In this document: piece by piece, positions 59,707 to 64,000 of the stretch
How positions within the stretch are numbered: position 1 is the first letter of the stretch
How the letters are laid out: the number at the start of each line of letters is the position of its first letter
Assembly (NCBI RefSeq): GCF_964204645.1
Contig: NC_134025.1
Span: 23,912,299-23,976,298, forward strand
DNA from: Tubulanus polymorphus
Lineage: Eukaryota; Animalia; Nemertea
Direction of reading: 5' to 3'
Length of the DNA: 64,000 nucleotides
Made by a program: the position numbers and the translations under genes
The notes under the pieces: model-generated
What the model was told of the DNA's origin: nothing
The model's input: only the letters and a program-made list of their open reading frames with translations
The model's database searches: none

Positions 59707-62700
59707 CTATTCGATAACTGACCATGGTTTACTTCCACCATCTTCTTGTTCAAACTTTAAAAAAGAAACCAACAAATTATAAGCATTATAACATTTGATC
59801 TGAATTCAAATCAAGGCACAAAACTTACCGGTTTGGTGAATTGATCAGTGCATGCAAGACGGATTTTCTCAGCTGTAGCCGGGCAATCCAAACGAAAATA
59901 TCCAGATACACCGGAATCGGATCTTGCACTAAGGATGGCTTTTTTAGAAGCAAAGTAAATAGATGCAGCTAGTATAAACGGTGGTTCTCCTATACCCTTC
60001 AAATATAAGTAAGTATAAAAATAATAAAAAGAATAAATAATGGTCAGGATTTCATTAAACAAAAGCTCATGCCATTGTAGTAGAAACTCCTATAAGTACC
60101 TTTGAGGAATAAATGGCTCTTGGATTTCTGGATCCTTTCAGAATTGTTACGTTATATTCGTTGGGTAGGTTTTTGAATCGAGGAAGATTGTAAGATGCAG
60201 GACCAGTTGTAAGAACTTCTCCATTGGGTGATACATTCACTTCTTCTGTCATGTATAATCCATAGCCCTGAAAAACAAATAGTTTGTTACGCATGCATTC
60301 ATATTGTTCATCATTTTCACTATAAATTGATGTTTTGAGATAGTACCTGCATAAATCCACCATCGATCTGACCAATGTCAATGCCTGGGTTAAGACTTGC
60401 CCCAACATCCATCACAATGTCTGTTTTCAACACCTGTAAAAAGTAACATGCAATATACGGTTATATAGTGTCCATGGTATTGTCGTACCTAACAGATATG
60501 CCTACAGATTGTTGGTATTATTCTACTATGAACTGCTTTATAATATGCAAATGTTTAGGAAGCTCCATGTATTGATTAAAGCTTGAGTTTGGTACCTTGT
60601 GTTCACCAGTCAAACAATCTATTTCAACCATTGAGCAAGCGGCACCGTAAGTGAGGTAGTCAAACCTACGTCCAGTTCCTTTCTCCCAATCAAAAGAAAC
60701 ATCATCAACACTGAAAAAGTTTTTTACAATTCGGAATAAAGTTCAATCTATTCATTCCAAATACAGTAATGTAGTTGTTTGTGATATACCTGTAATAACC
60801 AGTTGCAGACAGATAAACATTTTCAAGCCAAGCACTAAGGACCCATCCGTCCCATCCTGCATCAGGTTTACTCTCTTTGAATGGTTTCAGTCTTTCCATT
60901 ATAGTTTCACAAGCATTCTATATAAGACAATAGAAAACGATAATCAGTAAGTAATGGTTCTACACAATGCTAAACACTCAAAAATGTTACTCCAAAATTG
61001 GTCGTTTTATGATAAAAGGTGTACCTTGGTAGCCATTGCGATATAATCTGAACAGATACTAGCAGAGGAACAAATACTGTTTGGTATCTTGTCCGTGCTT
61101 ATATCTGTGATGTGAATTTTGTCCACAGATATCCCTAAAACATGACTAGCAACCTATAAAAACCATGAGATGAAAAACTTTTCAAAATCACCACATTCAG
61201 GAATATGATTTTGAAAATGGGAAAACATGTGATTACTGATATTCACTGTACCTGTATTGCCTTTGTGTGGACACCCTGTCCCATTTCAACTCCACCATGA
61301 GTTAACAGAACTGATCCATCTAGATAAACATGTACCAGTGCTGCAGCCTAAAACCACAATAGATTAGTTACATTTCTCTCAATACTTGTACTTCTGTAGT
61401 ACTGGTGTATTATTATTTTTGAATACCTGGTTCATAAATTTTAGAGCAAATCCATTTCCGCACTTAGTTGGAACTACCGCAATTCCTCTTTTCTTCCATC
61501 TATTTTGGCTACAAATATAAGGTACAAATACATGAAGGCATGTAGCCCAGGAGACATTGCTAAAATGCTTAGTTAGATATAAGCACTAACCTATTGAAAC
61601 TTTCTATTTCTTTCTGTAAATCTTCATATTTGCTTTGTTCAATTACATCTTTCCAACATTGATGCAACACTTTTCCATCTATCTCCATATCAAAACAATC
61701 GGGAGCAACTTCCTTGTGAATATTAATTTCTCGAACCTAAAAGTATTATCATAATTGAAGGTAATAATCAACAGTAGATATTATAATGAACATAAGTATG
61801 AATAGTGAATTATACCTGTTCTGGTGTCATTCCAAGAACAAAACTCATCTGTTCGATCCAACTCTCAGAAATAATGACCGATTGTGGTCGACCAAATCCT
61901 CTGAATCCTGTGTTTGATGCCAGATTTGTCCGACATACATAGCCTTTCACACGCACATTTGGTAATTTATAACAAACATCAACCTCCAGGACAGCATATT
62001 CCATAACCTTTAGAAAACAGTCATCAGAATGACAATTTTTTGTTCTCAGAAAACTCATCAATTAATACAACACATGTAAGCTAGACCTCACCAGACCAGA
62101 AAAATCTAGAGAATGACCACCATTACTATACAGCACAATGTCCAATGCTTGAATCTTTCCCATTTTAGTGAATGCAACCTAAAAATATGAACTACGGTAA
62201 TCTATTCTAGTATTATTGTGTCAAAAAGGTCTAATCTTGAGTCTTTTTCACTGGGTCATTAATGCATTGATGAACTGTAGTAAATATAATCTGTACCTTA
62301 TACTTTCCTAAAAACGGATGACGTCTGCCAGTAATTCTTAAATCTTCAACTCTTTCCAGCGAACTACGCACAGGACATTGTAATCTGTTGAGAAAACATC
62401 GAAATTGTTTACCCTGTATCAAATTTCAATTTGGATGCCTTGAAACACATGATAAGTAAGCAAATGTACTAAATTTAGTAGGTGCATTTACGATACACTT
62501 ACTTATTAGCTGCAACCGCTGCAGTTAAACAAACAAGCGCATCTCTCGTTTGCTTGCCTCCAAAACCTCCGCCTGAAAAACATATTGGCAAATGCATTTT
62601 TCAAAGAAATACAAAGGCTTACTGGTACTGATATCCAGTTATTATCAACTGATAATTCGTTTGTGACTGACCTATTCGTTTGTGTTTTACAGCAACTTTG

Positions 62701-64000
62701 TTTGACATCAAACCCAAAGCATGACAGATATCAGCCTGAAGTATTGCACAGTACATAGATTATAGTTCCATAACTACTTTTGAAGACAAGTTATATACTA
62801 TATTCACTTCGGATAGAACTGGAATATATAGTATAACAACAATGGATAAAATGTCACCAAACCTGTGCACGGCGTAAGTCTTGAGTTGTCGTATAGATAA
62901 TCATTTCATCGTTTTCTTTCACTGGCACAGCAACTGTGGCATTCGTTTCCATGTAGAAATGTTCTTGACTACCAGTGTGAAGTTCTCCTTCAACGATATG
63001 ATCTGCATCGGCAAATGCTGCATCAACATCTCCTCTGTTCACTTTGATAACTGGATCAAAGAATGAATCAGCTTCAATAGCGTCCTGTAGAGAACAAGAG
63101 AAGTTATTATTAAGTTTAGAAACAGGTACATTAATTCATGTAATTGCATTTAACCGGGACATTTAATGTCTCTGAACAAGTTTGTCCATATTACAAACAT
63201 ACCTGAATGGTAATTATTGGTTTTAGCACTTCATATTCCACTTTTACTAACTTTGCAGCTTTTCGTGCAATATCCCTATTTTCAGCAGCCACGGCACCGA
63301 TAATTTGTCCGCAACAAGTTACAAGCTTTGTAGCAAAGAGTTCCTCATCTTTGACAAGAGGGCCAAAATAATTTGATGAAGGAACATCGTTGTGATCAAT
63401 GTATGAAACCACACCATCAACTTTGAGTGCCTCAGATGGATCTACACTGACTATTTTTGCACGGGCATGTTTACTATACACATAGGCGATGAATAATTCA
63501 TCTGGAGGAAAAATTCAATTAAACATTTCAAATGCGAATTTAACTGGCAATGAATAACAATGTATGTGCAGATTAGTCCTTACTACTGTATGTAGGAATA
63601 TCGTCAATGTATATGGTCTCCCCAGTCGCATGGCAAGGATTCATAATTTGTGGTAGGGGTTTTCCAATTGTGTCATGCGCGGGCACATCAACTTTTTCAA
63701 ATACTTGACTCGCTTTCAATGGTTCAAACGGCAGGTCGTATACTGCACTTGCTAAACTGCTTGATTCCTGTATAAATAGATGATCAAAAAGATCTTAGTA
63801 TAAAATGTCCCTATTGATGTTAATGTACAATCAGACTTCATTGACTTCAATAACTAACCATGTTCTTATTGATTTTCATCTGCATAGATAGATAGAATTT
63901 AAAGAAGAATCCGAGTATAAGCGAACGACGATATTGAACGGCTCCACCAGTATTATCTGTACATGGTTTAATCTCATCAGTCAAGATTTTACTCAAACTC
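59707..64000 (-). CDS. Xanthine dehydrogenase/aldehyde oxidase-like, copy 3; 3' part only, 5' end beyond the window
   Basis: Moco-domain exons: [47 protein letters not shown]; ends [15 protein letters not shown]. Confidence 0.93.

Noticed and set aside
1-64000. Prokaryotic systems (CRISPR arrays, operons, defence islands), tRNA or rRNA genes
   Set aside because: The sequence is spliceosomal-intron-containing animal DNA. I saw no repeat-spacer array, cloverleaf or rRNA-like segment.

Overview
This is AT-rich, intron-containing metazoan (invertebrate-like) genomic DNA, not prokaryotic, and most introns are short (about 70-150 bp). Gene order: 3' part of LTN1/listerin (+), with a DNA transposon in one intron and an intronless antisense SLC18 (VMAT/VAChT-like) transporter in another; a FANCG-like TPR gene (-); an intronless TRAPPC9 (-) ending about 290 bp from the FANCG leader exon; a xanthine dehydrogenase/aldehyde oxidase-like gene (+); a C2H2 zinc-finger gene (+); a TM + Cys-rich finger + LRR gene with an LRRC58-like C-terminus (-); an orphan two-TM gene (+); and two more XDH/AOX-like paralogs in tandem (-), the last running off the window. 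The most notable signals are: (1) the three molybdo-hydroxylase paralogs keep the Moco motifs and catalytic Glu but have lost the purine-selecting residues, and the two complete copies have eroded FAD/NAD motifs; (2) the TRAPPC9-FANCG unit may be bicistronic or share a promoter; (3) the nested SLC18 lacks the canonical acidic residues; (4) the LRR protein has an unusual architecture; (5) there is a Penelope-type hammerhead core in an intron. Exon structures and residue equivalences were read by eye and from recalled family motifs, not from alignments or database searches.
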